NCBI GenBank assembly: GCA_964016885.1
Contig: OZ024740.1
Span: 420,050,001-420,114,000 of the forward strand
Source of the DNA: Eledone cirrhosa
Lineage: Eukaryota
Reading direction: 5' to 3'
DNA length: 64,000 bases
In this document: one piece after another, positions 49,126 through 62,940 of the stretch
How positions within the stretch are numbered: position 1 is the stretch's first letter
How the letters are laid out: each line of letters starts with the position of its first letter
Translations under genes and position numbers: made by a program
Notes under the pieces: model-generated
Databases searched by the model: none
The model's input: only the letters and a program-made list of their open reading frames with translations
What the model was told of the DNA's origin: nothing

Positions 49126-49294
49126 TGAACTTGCTCAACAGTTACCATTGGAAGTAAGTGCTCACACAATGGACTCCTCCCATACTAAGACCAACCTCCT
49201 CCTTCAGGCACATTTCTCTTCTCTTGTTCTACCTTCCTCAGATTACTACACTGATACTAAATCAGTTCTTGACCAAGCAATTCGAATTATTCAG
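49126..49294 (+). CDS. ASCC3: ASCC3 exon D: (S)ELAQQLPLEVSAHTMDSSHTKTNLLLQAHFSSLVLPSSDYYTDTKSVLDQAIRIIQ
   Basis: ttcttcccAG acceptor, GTAAGT donor; phase 2 to 0; HTK.NLLLQAH and DY.TDTK.VLDQA motifs of ASCC3. Confidence 0.96.
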
Positions 49295-49327
49295 GTAAGT
49301 TATTCTTCTCTTTTATTTATTTCTTAA

Positions 49328-49772
49328 CCCTTTAGCATTTACATTACTCTATATTTATTATTGTAAATTCACAGTAAAAGCTTTGTCTTACATAATTATC
49401 TCACATAGTATCGAATCTATGAGATTTTGATATTATTTATTTTGTGAACAATACCTTAACATCAGTATGAGGGGACAATTACGACCGGTTTGAACAGAAA
49501 AAGGTGAGAAGATTATGGCCGGTTTTAATGTTAAAAGGTTAACCCTTTCATGACTGCATTTATAATGAAATACCCTCTATTTTAATTAATTAATGAAGAA
49601 TTTTGAGGGATTTACTAAAATTATTTATTATTTCATTACTGATAGTAACTCAATGTAAGGTTCTTATATAAAATTATGTTGGAAGATTTTAATTTAAATT
49701 GGAAAACTTTAAAATGAGTGGTTTTATTTCATAGAATCAGAGCTGGTTTTGGCCAGGTTGGTAACTAAAGGG
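49328..49772. mobile_element. Two adjacent piggyBac-like MITEs sharing a TTAA (49328-49538 and 49543-49772)
   Basis: TTAA-CCCTTT starts and AAAGG(G)-TTAA ends. Confidence 0.7.
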
Positions 49773-49904
49773 TTAATATTGTTCTTCCTTAAAGGAAAAA
49801 GAAAATTACAAATAAAGAAATTTCTGTTTCTAAATTTAATGTTTAATTATTTAAGTTGTCTTGTACTGTTGCATACTTTCTTAGAAATGACAATATACTG
49901 TCAT

Positions 49905-50400
49905 TGTCCTATTAAGACTGGAGTGAAGGACATAATGAAGATTGTCAAGAAGGGCAAACATAGATGTGATGACCACATCTCTTGTATCAGAGACAACAGG
50001 TGGACTATTGGAGTAGATACCTGGGCTGGCTGTATCTCTGTCAGAGACAACAGGTGGACTATTGGAGTAAATACCTGGGCTGGCTGTATCTCTGTCAGAG
50101 ACAACAGGTGGACTATTGGAGTAGATACCTGGGCTGGCTGTATCTCTGTCAGAGACAACAGGTGGACTATTGGAGTAGATACCTGGGCTGGCTGTATCTC
50201 TGTCAGAGACAACAGGTGGACTATTGGAGTAGATACCTGGGCTGGCTGTATCTCTGTCAGAGACAACAGGTGAACTATTGGAGTGACAGAGTAGACACCT
50301 GGGCTGGCCATGTCTCTCATGTCAGAGACAATAGGTGGACTATTGGAGTGACATAGTAGATACCTGGGCTGTGGAGAAGAACCAGAGGGTGGCCAAAGGC
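49905..50400 (+). mobile_element. Old RTE ORF2 C-terminal fragment with a 54-bp tandem expansion (about 7 copies)
   Basis: KTGVKDI...(WAGCISVRDNRWTIGVDT)n...WAGHVSHVRDNRWT, matching the RTE WAGH..R..DNRWT motif. Confidence 0.8.
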
Positions 50401-50405
50401 AAGAT

Positions 50406-50647
50406 GTGAAGGCTCATAGCTTAGTGGTTAGAGCATTGGGCTTGCAATCGACAGGTTGTGAGTTCAATTCTCGGACCGGGTGATGTGTTCTTTCGTTGAG
50501 CAAGACACTTTATTTTACGTTGCTCCAGTTTACTCAACTGTAGAAATGAGATGATAGGACTGGGGTCCCTATCATTAAATCACCCAAGAGACCTCCAACG
50601 AGATATACCTTGGAGGAGGCCAGCTAAACCTGCATAGGTGTGAGCTG

Positions 50648-50683
<36 letters not shown>
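50406..50683 (+). mobile_element. tRNA-derived SINE with (CA)n tail
   Basis: TAGCTTAGTGG A box, GTTCAATTC B box, CAAGATG flanking both sides. Confidence 0.9.
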
Positions 50684-50685
<2 letters not shown>

Positions 50686-52296
50686 GATGGCACCCTAATC
50701 TGACCTGATGCCTTGACCCCACATGGTCAGGGATTAGAAGCAGCGATGGTAACCAGAGAGGGGTTCCACTAACAGAAGTGAGAAGGTCTTGGATTTTGGA
50801 TTGGGGACAGACACACACACAATATCCTCAAAAAATGATGTCTAGAAAATTATCTGAATATTTATATCTGATCTCTTAAACATTTAATCTTATCTGTGAG
50901 TTCCATCTTATCTGCCCTAATGAATCCATGGATGAAAAAGTCTCTACTTGGTCGCTTGACCTGCTAGAAATAGCAGTCAAATCATCCTCAATTCACCCTA
51001 TCATGTTAGGGAAAAACAACATTGTATAATCTACTGAGAAATACATTATGTGTATAAAATAGATTGGATGATTATACTGGAATGCCTTTGATTATAGGTT
51101 ATTGATCATAGATAAACAACAATAACCTATATCTATTGCTATTTACCTTTGTCATCATCACCACAACCACCACCATCATCATCATCGTTTTACATCCCCC
51201 ACTATGCTAGCATGGGTTGCCATAGATTGTCATGGTCTGAGTCAGTTCTTATTTGAAGTTACTGCCCTCTTAAATCAGAACATCACTTCGCACTTGTTCA
51301 TTCCAAGTTTGACATGGTTTCAATGGCTGGATGTCTTTCCAAATACCAACCACTTTACAGAGTCCACTGGGTGTATTTTATCATGTCACCAACACTAGAA
51401 AGGTTGTCAAGTCCTCAACACAACTAAAGAGTCATTACCCTACATTATGTACTGGATTGGCAGTATCAGTAGAGGGTCGGACGCCATGCTTTCCAGCATA
51501 GTTACGTCCCTTTACGGTCTGAGTTCAAATCCCGCCGAGGTTAACTTTGCCTTTCATCCTTACGTGGTCGATAAAATAAAGTACCAGTAATGTACTGGGT
51601 AATTGATGGCCTTGTGCCTAAAGTAGAAACAATTATGTATTATAACTGAAAATTTCATCTTGTGGTGTTTGTCCCACTCCTGCATTTAAATGAAGGGCTG
51701 GAGAAAATAAAAGTCCAGATGGTCACAGCTGGAATGCCTTTAGTCTGAGTTTGCTCGATAAAAGCTTGCCTGGGGTAAACAAAAGCAAGTACTTCAGTCT
51801 GATCACAATATTAGAAGTTTGTTTAGCAATAAATTTCATTTCTCTTTCCTTTTCTTCTTTTTTTTTTTCTACAACCATTACTATGATAATGTACACTACT
51901 GTGATGATGATGTGGAATGTAAAGGTTTCAATTCAAAATAAGGTTTAATTCATGATATATTTACTGTTGGCATACATTGCTGTTGCTGATAGAACCATCT
52001 GATAGAACCAGCTGATAGAATTCAACTGGTTCCACTCGATATAAATGTTTAATAAACCCTTTTGATACCAGCCCAGCCAAAACCAGCTCTGGCTCTATGA
52101 AACAAAGCCTTCTGTTTGTTTTTTTGTTAGCAGGTTTATTTTCCATTGCTAGCTAGGAATGTCAGGACTAATGCCACCAATGTTGTCCAAAGGAAAGGCA
52201 AAGGCTGATATGACAGCATATACACAGCATATATACAACATATATACAGCATATATACAACATATATACAGCATATATACAGCATATATACAACAT

Positions 52297-53136
52297 ATCA
52301 TCATCATCATCATCATCACCGTTTTACGTCCGTTCTTCCACGCTAGCATGGGTTAGACGGGTTGTCCTGTTGTGGGCAGTGTCTGGTCGGCTGACCATGC
52401 CTTGCTCATACAGGAACTGATCCGGCTTGATTTCTACAGCTGGATGCCCTTCCTAACACCAACCTCATTTACAGTGAGTGCTGGGTGCTTTTTCGTGGCG
52501 CCTACACGTCCACTTTACAGTGTGGGCTGGGTGCTTTTTTGCCGTGGCACCTCCACGACCACCTTGCGGTGGGGGGGGGGGGGGCATATTGTTTATATGC
52601 TTCAGCATGTACCCATGGGAGGTCGGGTACCCTGTATTACTGCGTGACGCCAGAAGTCACGGTCGTGTGTCATTGACTTTGAGAGGTGTAGTTGGGTAAG
52701 GTCGGCTTTTATCACCTCATCCCAAGTCATCTTGGGTCTCCCCACTCCGCGGTTTCCATCAACTTCTAGTGCTCTGCACCTTTTTATGCAGCTGTCATCC
52801 TTCATACGCATCACATGTCCATACCAGCGTAACCGCCTCTCCTGCACGCAGCATTTGATTCCTCTTATGCTCAGTCTCTCTCTCAATTCCTTTATGCTTT
52901 GTCGTTCACGTATATTACTGTTACACATCCATCGGAGCATGCAGGCTTCGTTTCTCTCTAATCTACGTAAGTCTTCCACCTTCAGCGCCCAGGTCTCACT
53001 ACCATGCAACATCGCTGTTCGGATACACGCATCATACAGTCTGCCTTTCATTCTGAGGGAGAAGCCTTTTGCAGCTAGCAGTGGTAGTAGTTCCCTAAAC
53101 TTCTTCCATCCCGTTCTTACCCTAGTTATTGTACTT
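52297..53136 (-). mobile_element. 5'-truncated RTE LINE with open ORF2 C-terminus, inserted in the 11-bp array
   Basis: RVRTGWKKFRELLPLL...MLHGSETW...RRLRWYGHVMR...GRPKMTW; highly similar to 34580-35374. Confidence 0.93.
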
Positions 53137-56100
53137 ATACAACATATACACAGCATATATACAACATATATACAGCATATATACAGCATATATACAACAT
53201 ATATACAACATATATACAACATATATACAGCATATATACAGCATATATACAACATATATACAGCATATATACAGCATATATACAACATATATACAGCATA
53301 TATACAGCATATATACAACATATATACAACATATATACAACATATATACAGCATATATACAGCATATATACAGCATATATACAACATATATACAGCATAT
53401 ACACAGCATATATACAACATATACACAGCATATACACAGCATATATACAACATATACACAGCATATATACAGCATATACACAGCATATATACAACATATA
53501 TACAGCATATACACAGCATATATACAACATATATACAACATATATACAGCATATATACAACATATATACAGCATATATACAGCATATATACAACATATAT
53601 ACAACATATATACAACATATACACAACATATACACAGCATATATACAACATATACACAGCATATATACAACATATATACAACATATATACAACATATACA
53701 CAACATATATACAACATATACACAGCATATATACAACATATATACAACATATATACAACATATATACAGCATATATACAGCATATATACAACATATATAC
53801 AGCATATATACAGCATATATACAACATATACACAGCATATATACAACATATACACAGCATATATACAGCATATATACAGCATATATACAACATATATACA
53901 ACATATATACAACATATATACAGCATATATACAGCATATATACAGCATATATACAACATATATACAGCATATATACAACATATATACAGCATATATACAA
54001 CATATATACAGCATATATACAGCATATATACAACATATATACAACATATATACAACATATATACAGCATATACACAGCATATATACAACATATATACAAC
54101 ATATATACAACATATATACAACATATATACAACATATATACAGCATATACACAGCATATATACAACATATACACAGCATATACACAGCATATATACAACA
54201 TATATACAACATATATACAGCATATACACAGCATATATACAGCATATACACAGCATATATACAACATATATACAGCATATACACAGCATATATACAACAT
54301 ATATACAACATATATACAGCATATATACAACATATATACAGCATATATACAGCATATATACAACATATACACAGCATATATACAACATATATACAGCATA
54401 TACACAGCATATATACAACATATATACAGCATATATACAGCATATATACAACATATATACAACATATATACAACATATACACAGCATATATACAGCATAT
54501 ACACAGCATATATACAACATATACACAGCATATATACAACATATACACAGCATATATACAACATATACACAGCATATATACAACATATACACAGCATATA
54601 TACAACATATATACAACATATATACAACATATACACAACATATATACAACATATACACAGCATATATACAACATATATACAACATATATACAACATATAC
54701 ACAGCATATATACAGCATATACACAGCATATATACAACATATATACAACATATATACAGCATATATACAACATATATACAACATATATACAACATATACA
54801 CAGCATATATACAACATATATACAACATATATACAACATATACACAGCATATATACAACATATATACAGCATATATACAACATATATACAACATATATAC
54901 AGCATATATACAGCATATATACAGCATATATACAACATATATACAACATATACACAGCATATATACAACATATATACAGCATATATACAACATATATACA
55001 GCATATATACAGCATATATACAACATATATACAACATATACACAGCATATATACAACATATATACAGCATATATACAACATATATACAACATATATACAG
55101 CATATATACAACATATATACAACATATATACAACATATACACAGCATATATACAACATATATACAGCATATATACAACATATATACAACATATATACAGC
55201 ATATATACAGCATATATACAGCATATATACAGCATATAGACAGCATATACACAGCATATATACAACATATATACAGCATATATACAACATATATACAACA
55301 TATATACAACATATATACAGCATATATACAACATATATACAACATATATACAACATATACACAGCATATATACAACATATATACAGCATATATACAACAT
55401 ATATACAACATATATACAACATATATACAACATATATACAGCATATATACAACATATATACAACATATATACAACATATATACAACATATACACAGCATA
55501 TATACAACATATATACAACATATATACAACATATACACAGCATATATACAACATATATACAGCATATATACAACATATATACAACATATATACAGCATAT
55601 ATACAGCATATATACAACATATACACAGCATATATACAACATATATACAGCATATACACAGCATATATACAACATATATACAGCATATATACAGCATATA
55701 TACAACATATATACAACATATATACAACATATACACAGCATATATACAGCATATACACAGCATATATACAACATATACACAGCATATATACAACATATAC
55801 ACAGCATATATACAACATATACACAGCATATATACAACATATACACAGCATATATACAACATATATACAACATATATACAACATATACACAACATATATA
55901 CAACATATACACAGCATATATACAACATATATACAACATATATACAACATATACACAGCATATATACAGCATATACACAGCATATATACAACATATATAC
56001 AACATATATACAGCATATATACAACATATATACAACATATATACAACATATACACAGCATATATACAACATATATACAACATATATACAACATATACACA

Positions 56101-57017
56101 GCATATATACAACATATATACAGCATATATACAACATATATACAACATATATACAGCATATATACAGCATATATACAGCATATATACAACATATATACAA
56201 CATATACACAGCATATATACAACATATATACAGCATATATACAACATATATACAGCATATATACAGCATATATACAACATATATACAACATATACACAGC
56301 ATATATACAACATATATACAGCATATATACAACATATATACAACATATATACAGCATATATACAACATATATACAACATATATACAACATATACACAGCA
56401 TATATACAACATATATACAGCATATATACAACATATATACAACATATATACAGCATATATACAGCATATATACAGCATATATACAGCATATAGACAGCAT
56501 ATACACAGCATATATACAACATATATACAGCATATATACAACATATATACAACATATATACAACATATATACAGCATATATACAACATATATACAACATA
56601 TATACAACATATACACAGCATATATACAACATATATACAGCATATATACAACATATATACAACATATATACAGCATATATACAGCATATATACAGCATAT
56701 ATACAACATATATACAACATTTATACAGCATATAGACATCATATATACAGCATATATACAGCATATATACAACATATATACAACATATATACAACATATA
56801 TACAACATATATACAGCATATATACAGCATATATACAGCATATATACAACATATATACAACATATATACAACATATAGACAGCATATATACAGCATATAT
56901 ACAGCATATATACAGCATATATACAGCATATATACAGCATATATACAGCATATATACAGCATATATACAGCATATATACAACATATATACAACATATATA
57001 CAGCATATATACAACAT
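53137..57017. repeat. 11-bp tandem array CATATAYACAR, about 350 copies (plus 52214-52297)
   Basis: Direct reading; explains the >800-aa ORFs. Confidence 0.98.
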
Positions 57018-57368
57018 AAAGGATCGATCGACTTTTGTCAAATCGGTCACAACTCCAGGTAGAAGGAGCAACGTGAAATAAAGTGTCTTGCTCAAGGACA
57101 TAACGCATCGCCTGGTCCAAGAATCGAACTCACAACCTCAAGATTGTGAATCCAATTCTCTAACCACTCAGCCACACGCCTTCACAGTGATATACAGCAT
57201 ATATACAATGGAATTCCGTTATAACAAAATTCACGGAGAATGAAAAAAAATTTGTTGTAACAAAAAATTCTTTATAACGAGATCGACCTAACACACGTGT
57301 GGTCGGGGATTGAAAAAATGTTATACTGAAAAAAATGTTATAATGGTATTCGTTATAACAAAATGTTA

Positions 57369-57406
<38 letters not shown>

Positions 57407-59359
57407 CATTATATATACATTATATACAACACTAGGTTAACTTTGCCTTTCATCCTTAAGGGCTCGATACAATAAAGATCAGTAACGTACTGGGGTCGAT
57501 TTAATCGACTCCCTCCCCCCAAAAAAAAATTACTGGCCTTGTGCCTATATTAGAGATCATTATATACAACACTATATATGATGTTATCCAAGGGAAAGGC
57601 AATGGCTGATATAGCTTGGCACCAGTGACGTCATAACTCATTACTGCAGTTGAGTGAATTGCAGCAATGTGAAATAAAATGTCTTACTCAAGGACACAAT
57701 GCATCACCTGGTCTGGGAATCGAACTTACAACCTCCTCATTGTGAATCCAATTCTCTAACCCCTAAGCCACATTTAATTTAGGTGTCATGACAAAAAGCA
57801 CCCAGTATTCACTGTAAATGTGATTGACATTAGGAAGGGGATCCAGCCAGAGAAACCAAGTGAAAATCGGTTCTGTATGAGCAAGACATGGTCCCCTGAC
57901 CTGGCATTTCTTACAACAGGACAATTCATCTAACCCATGCTAGTGTGGAAAAGTGGATGTTAAACGGTGATGATGATGATGATGATAATGATGATTTCCA
58001 ACATAATTTTGTACAAGAACCATATGTTAAGTTACTATCTTAGTAATGAAATAATTAATAATTTTTTAGTAAATCCCTTTTCATTAATTAACAAAAATAG
58101 AGAGCATTTCATTAGGAATATGGTCATGATAGGGTTAAATGTTATAACCATATTGTAAAAATCACCATAGCAAGTTTTTAAAAATATTTTATCTAAAGGT
58201 GATATCTTAGATTTCCATGAAAATCATATCTTGTATTTGAAAACAGCCTTGATCGTATACTGATATATCTATTCCCATGTTTATCTTATATCTTATCCAT
58301 TGCCCTGAGGTGAGACAGTAAGCATAACATCACGCCAGCAGTCTCTGTTTCTCATCAAGGTTTGTAGGTCTTCCTTGTCAATTCCAGTGTCTCTTGCTAT
58401 GGTTTCCTGGTATTTCCGGTAAAGGAGATCTCTCACAAGAGGTCTGAAACCATCTCATCTTTTACATGGAAGCAGTGACTAGCAAACCTTGATGTTTAAT
58501 ATATTGTTACATAGGCTGGTGGAATTCAGAAAATATATTTTTTCATAACAGTTTTGGGTCATATTAATATTCATGAAATAGAAACTGATATAGGGTGGAA
58601 AGTTCAGTAAGACAACCTCTCTAGAGCTGGTGGCACAAATTATACACCCAGTCAATGCTGTAAAGTGGTTTGTGATTTGAAGGGCATCCAGCCAGAAAAA
58701 AAAAACCCTGCCAAAATTAAGGAAAGCCCAACATACAAGATATGAAATAAATAAAATTTCTACAAAACAACTGGAACTAATGCAGTCATAGAGTTATTCT
58801 GTCTCCTGCCTTCCAGAGGTGTTCTGCTAGAGAGCGGGTTGCAGGCAATGTTGAATTTAGACCTTTGGGGGGCCTCTCATACACAAAAAATTAGAATACA
58901 CAGCAAACCCCCCAATTTTACATATCAAAATTAACTTGGCACAAGTAATTGGAATTGAAAAGTTATACATACAGGTATTAAATTAAAAAATTCTAACAAT
59001 GCCCAGCTGAGGGCACAAATACTTTACTGCAGGGGGCTCGGTGCAATTCCTCCCCATTAAATCCGGCCATGGTCGCAGGTGGCAGATAGTCATATGGCCA
59101 CCAGATATGATGTTTAGTTGCAATATAAGTGGGCACCTGTTGGACGAATAAACAACCCTGGACCAACAGCAGTAAACTACTAGAGGAGATGTACGAATGG
59201 GTGACACCTGTAGCTCCCTAGAAAACTCCCGCAATCCAGTGATGTAGTTCTAACGAGGTAATTAAAGGCCACCTTTTAAAAAGCGGGTCTGAGAAAATAC
59301 CAGATTGGTGACTGGCATGAATAAGACTCCAATATAGTGAGAGGTAGCAAAAAGCTCTT

Positions 59360-59735
59360 AGCCTTAGGTCCTCCGATGCCCTGGAGCATATTGAAGAATG
59401 AGTTTTCTCCAATTGACATGATATATTGCGGCATCCTGCATAGTTTCCAAGTCCAGTCCAATCCTCTGGAGATCTCCTTTGAAAGTTGAGCGTCAGGTTT
59501 TTTTGGGGTCTTCCTTTTTTCTGCTTGTCATCAACTGGGATCCATCTCATTGCCAGAGAGGGGTTTCAGTACTCAGACATGCACAGAATGTGTCAGGCAT
59601 CTTTCAGCAATGATGTCAGTCAGTAGCCTCTGTTTACTTCCCTTCAGCACCTCTACATTAGTAATCTCGTCTCGGTAAGTGACTTTCAGGAGTTTTCTTA
59701 GGTATCTTTGTTGGAAAACTTTGAGCTTCTTTAGA
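59360..59735 (-). mobile_element. Degenerate RTE-like LINE 3' fragment
   Basis: LKVFQQRYLRKLLKVTYRDEITNVEVL and RWIP...KGRPQK remnants with frameshifts. Confidence 0.7.
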
Positions 59736-60618
59736 ATTTTTGAATAATAAAAAAAGCAAGAAGTTATCCTAGTGTTATTCTGGGACATTTCTTATTGGTT
59801 TCTAAATGTCCAAGATCCAGATTTTTCTAAATAGTGAAAGAATTTATGAATATTAATTTATTCTAATTGATATTCACTCTTCTTTTTTAATTAAAAAAAA
59901 TATTCTAAATAATTCATTAGAAACTATATTGGTTTTATAAATGGTTGGTCTTAAGAAGGGTGCAGTGGTGGTGTGGGGGGTTGAATGTGGGGTAGCAGCA
60001 GTGTATGTCAAGGTGGCAGGGTGAGGATGGTGGTGGTGGTAGTGATGGTGGTGGTAGCAGCAGTGTATGTCGAGGTGGCAGCAGAGGGGTGGTGGTGGTA
60101 GTGATCATGATGAACTATTTTAAATTATGGAATTAAGGTTATTGTAAATTAACCTTATAAATGGATGTTTTTTTGTAAAACGATAAATATGATAATGAGG
60201 TTAGTGGTGGTGGTGGTGGTGTGTGGAGGGTGGTGGTGTGTGGATGGTGGTGGTAGTAGTGGTGGTGGTGGTAGTAGTGATGGTAGTAGTGGTAGTAGTA
60301 GTGGTGGCAGTGGCAGTAGAAGTAACAGTGTTTATGATAAACATTTTAAAATATTGTAATTAAAGTTATTGATGTTTTTATAAAATGGTGAAAATGGTTT
60401 TGAGGATGGTGTTGTTGTTGTTGTGGTGGTGGGGGTGGGGTGATGGATGTGGTGGTGATAATGGTGGAGGTGGTGGTGGTGGAGGTGATGATGGTGGTGG
60501 TGGTGGAGGCAGTAACAACAGCAGCTATGATAATTATTTTTTTTTATTTTGTAATTAATGTTATTTTAACTTCACCTTATAAATAGATTTTTGTTTTGTT
60601 TTATTAATTTATTTCTAG

Positions 60619-60770
60619 GCCCTTCTAGATACAAGTGCTGATCAAGGTTGGCTTGTGACCAGTCTTTGCATCATCAACCTACTTCAGATGGTTTTACAAG
60701 GACATTGGTGTCATCAGTCAACCCTATTTTGTTTACCACATGTTATGACTTATCATTTGGAATGTTTCAA
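60619..60770 (+). CDS. ASCC3: ASCC3 exon E: ALLDTSADQGWLVTSLCIINLLQMVLQGHWCHQSTLFCLPHVMTYHLECF(K)
   Basis: atttctAG acceptor, GTAAGT donor; phase 0 to 2; QGWLVT and QMV.QG.W Sec63 motifs. Confidence 0.95.
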
Positions 60771-62192
60771 GTAAGTAACAAAACTAATTTATTCAAAAAA
60801 CACATCGACAAAAGTTATAAACTATTAAATCAATCCTACAGGGGTCGATGAAATAAAGTACCAAGTACTGGGATTGATTTAATGGTAGTGGTGGTGGTAG
60901 TAGTGATGTTGGTGGTGCTGGTGATGGTGGTGGTGGTGTTGGTGGTCAATCCACTGTTATCAGCTATATTATATTGATTTCTAATTTAGGTACAAGCCTA
61001 GCAAATTAGATGGGAAGGGCAAAGTTAATTAAATCAATCCCAGTACTTGGTACTTTATTTCATCGACCCCTGTAGGATGAAAGGTAAAGTAAACCTCAGC
61101 AGGATTTGAACTCAGAATATAACGAGCCAGAACACAAATACCACAATGGCATTTTATCTGATGCTCTACCTATTTTACCCTTTCCCCACCCTCAGCTATG
61201 ATATATTATCAAATGATTGATGACAACACTTCAGTAATATCCTAATTATAAAGATATTTCCATGACCAAGCTGTCTAACCTATTGAACAGAAATTTACCA
61301 GAAATATCTTCATATTTTAGTATTTTTATTGATTAAAACAGACAAAGAGTGGATATAAAAATAACAGAATAAATTAGTGTGTCTAGAGTTTATTATAGAC
61401 TTTTTCTGCTGAAAGACTGCAGCAAATATTGTTTCTACTTCTGGCACAAGGCCAGCTTTTACTCAGTGTATTACTGGTACTTTATTTTATTGACCCCCGT
61501 AAGGATGAAAGGCAAAGTTAACCTCGGTGGGATTTGAACTCAGACCGTAAAAGGACGTAACTATGCTAGAAAACATGGCGTCCGACCTTCTACCGATACT
61601 GCCAATTCACTGTATACTGCAGCAAATAATGAAGTCAGTTCAGTAAAGAATTTAGGGCTAAAAATGTCAACAGAGACATGGTAAGGTGAAGTTCCCTTAA
61701 CTGTTAATAGAGTTGTAGGGTCTCCATCCTAACAAACAGTATGTCTTGGGCATTTTGAAACCTGGCAGAGCTCAACTCTCTCCAGGTTGAAACACAGCCT
61801 TGTTTCTTCCAGAGAAAGAGAGAATTGAACCCAGTACTGGACTGGTGCTGTGTTGATCTTGAGATGATAAAGGGTAAAGTTGATCTTGGTGTGAGAGCAG
61901 TAAACCAGAATGAATCCCAAGACATTTTTAATTACACACCCTAATGACTCTGTCAATTCACCACCATACAATGAAGAAGATTTTAATAATGTGAATCAAT
62001 GAGATGGATTTAATGTGGTGACAATAAAAATGAATGCTTTTAGATTATGTTTTGATAGCTTAAAATCTGTTCTTGTGTGAAGTTGGTAAATAATTTAAAT
62101 ACCAAAAATAGTTAGTCATTTTCATTTGGTTGTCGTATAAAAATTGATTTTGTTGGAGCTGATTTCATTGTTTTATAAATATATTTAGTTAA

Positions 62193-62388
62193 TATAAAGG
62201 ATGATGTGCTCAAGGGAAGAGATGCTATGAAATAGCTTATAAAATAGGGGGAAGATACTTAAAAGATAGAAAAAGAAGTTCCCAGCAGCCACTATGAAAA
62301 ATTGAACCCCATATCTCCCAGACACCAGCTAGACACTTTAAACCTTTAAACTATAGCATCTCCTCACATTAGCACATCATCCTTTACA
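62193..62388. mobile_element. Small MITE with about 35-bp TIRs between TTAA sites
   Basis: TAAAGGATGATGTGCT...GAGATGCTAT mirrored by ATAGCATCTC...AGCACATCATCCTTTA. Confidence 0.65.
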
Positions 62389-62819
62389 TTAACACTATAT
62401 TCTCCGTGCTTAAATGTCTGAAAGATTGGCTACATATATTCTTTATATAATGAATAAACAATGTTGTCTCTGATCGAGACGAAGCGAGAGTGTATTTAAA
62501 TTCATATAAAAATGAGAAAATTCATCACTATAAACAGCCGTTAAAACAGCTAAATGCTGTCAAAGATAGTGATGGACAAAAATGCCTCAGAGGACAGTGA
62601 CCAGCAGCCAGTGGTCAACAGAGAGACAATCCACACGGTGGGTGACAGGTAGATGAAATATAGAAAATATTGAAAGAGGAGGGGGACAAGGAGAAGTACA
62701 CTGGTGCACAGAAGTGACTAGAAGAAGGAAATAAAGAAAGGTGATGTACAAGACAAGTTTACACACTTTATTTTGATATCTTATATATTTTTATTTATTT
62801 TTCCTTTTACTAACAACAG

Positions 62820-62940
62820 AAAACCAAATGGAAATGATTTAATTGAGTGTTTACCTGAATTGATGGCATATTGTGATGGCAAATTTGAACTGTTGTTTTC
62901 AATGTTAAAAGATGACATGAGTCGAAGTCATATTGAACAG
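62820..62940 (+). CDS. ASCC3: ASCC3 exon F: (K)KPNGNDLIECLPELMAYCDGKFELLFSMLKDDMSRSHIEQ
   Basis: caacAG acceptor, GTAAGA donor; phase 2 to 0; resembles the recalled ASCC3 segment IESLPELIHACGGK..VFSSM. Confidence 0.9.

Noticed and set aside
50410-50480. tRNA-Ala-like gene (and similar heads elsewhere)
   Set aside because: No proper acceptor stem; continues into a SINE body with TSDs.
52602-57120. ORFs of 835-1372 aa (MLYICCIYAVY / YIQHIYNIYTA repeats)
   Set aside because: Translation of a stop-poor 11-bp array that is open in several frames on both strands; only the terminal RTE part is real coding-derived sequence.
62808-62819. Perfect TACTAAC branch-point consensus before exon F
   Set aside because: Only about 6 nt from the AG and downstream of the pyrimidine tract, too close to be the functional branch point.
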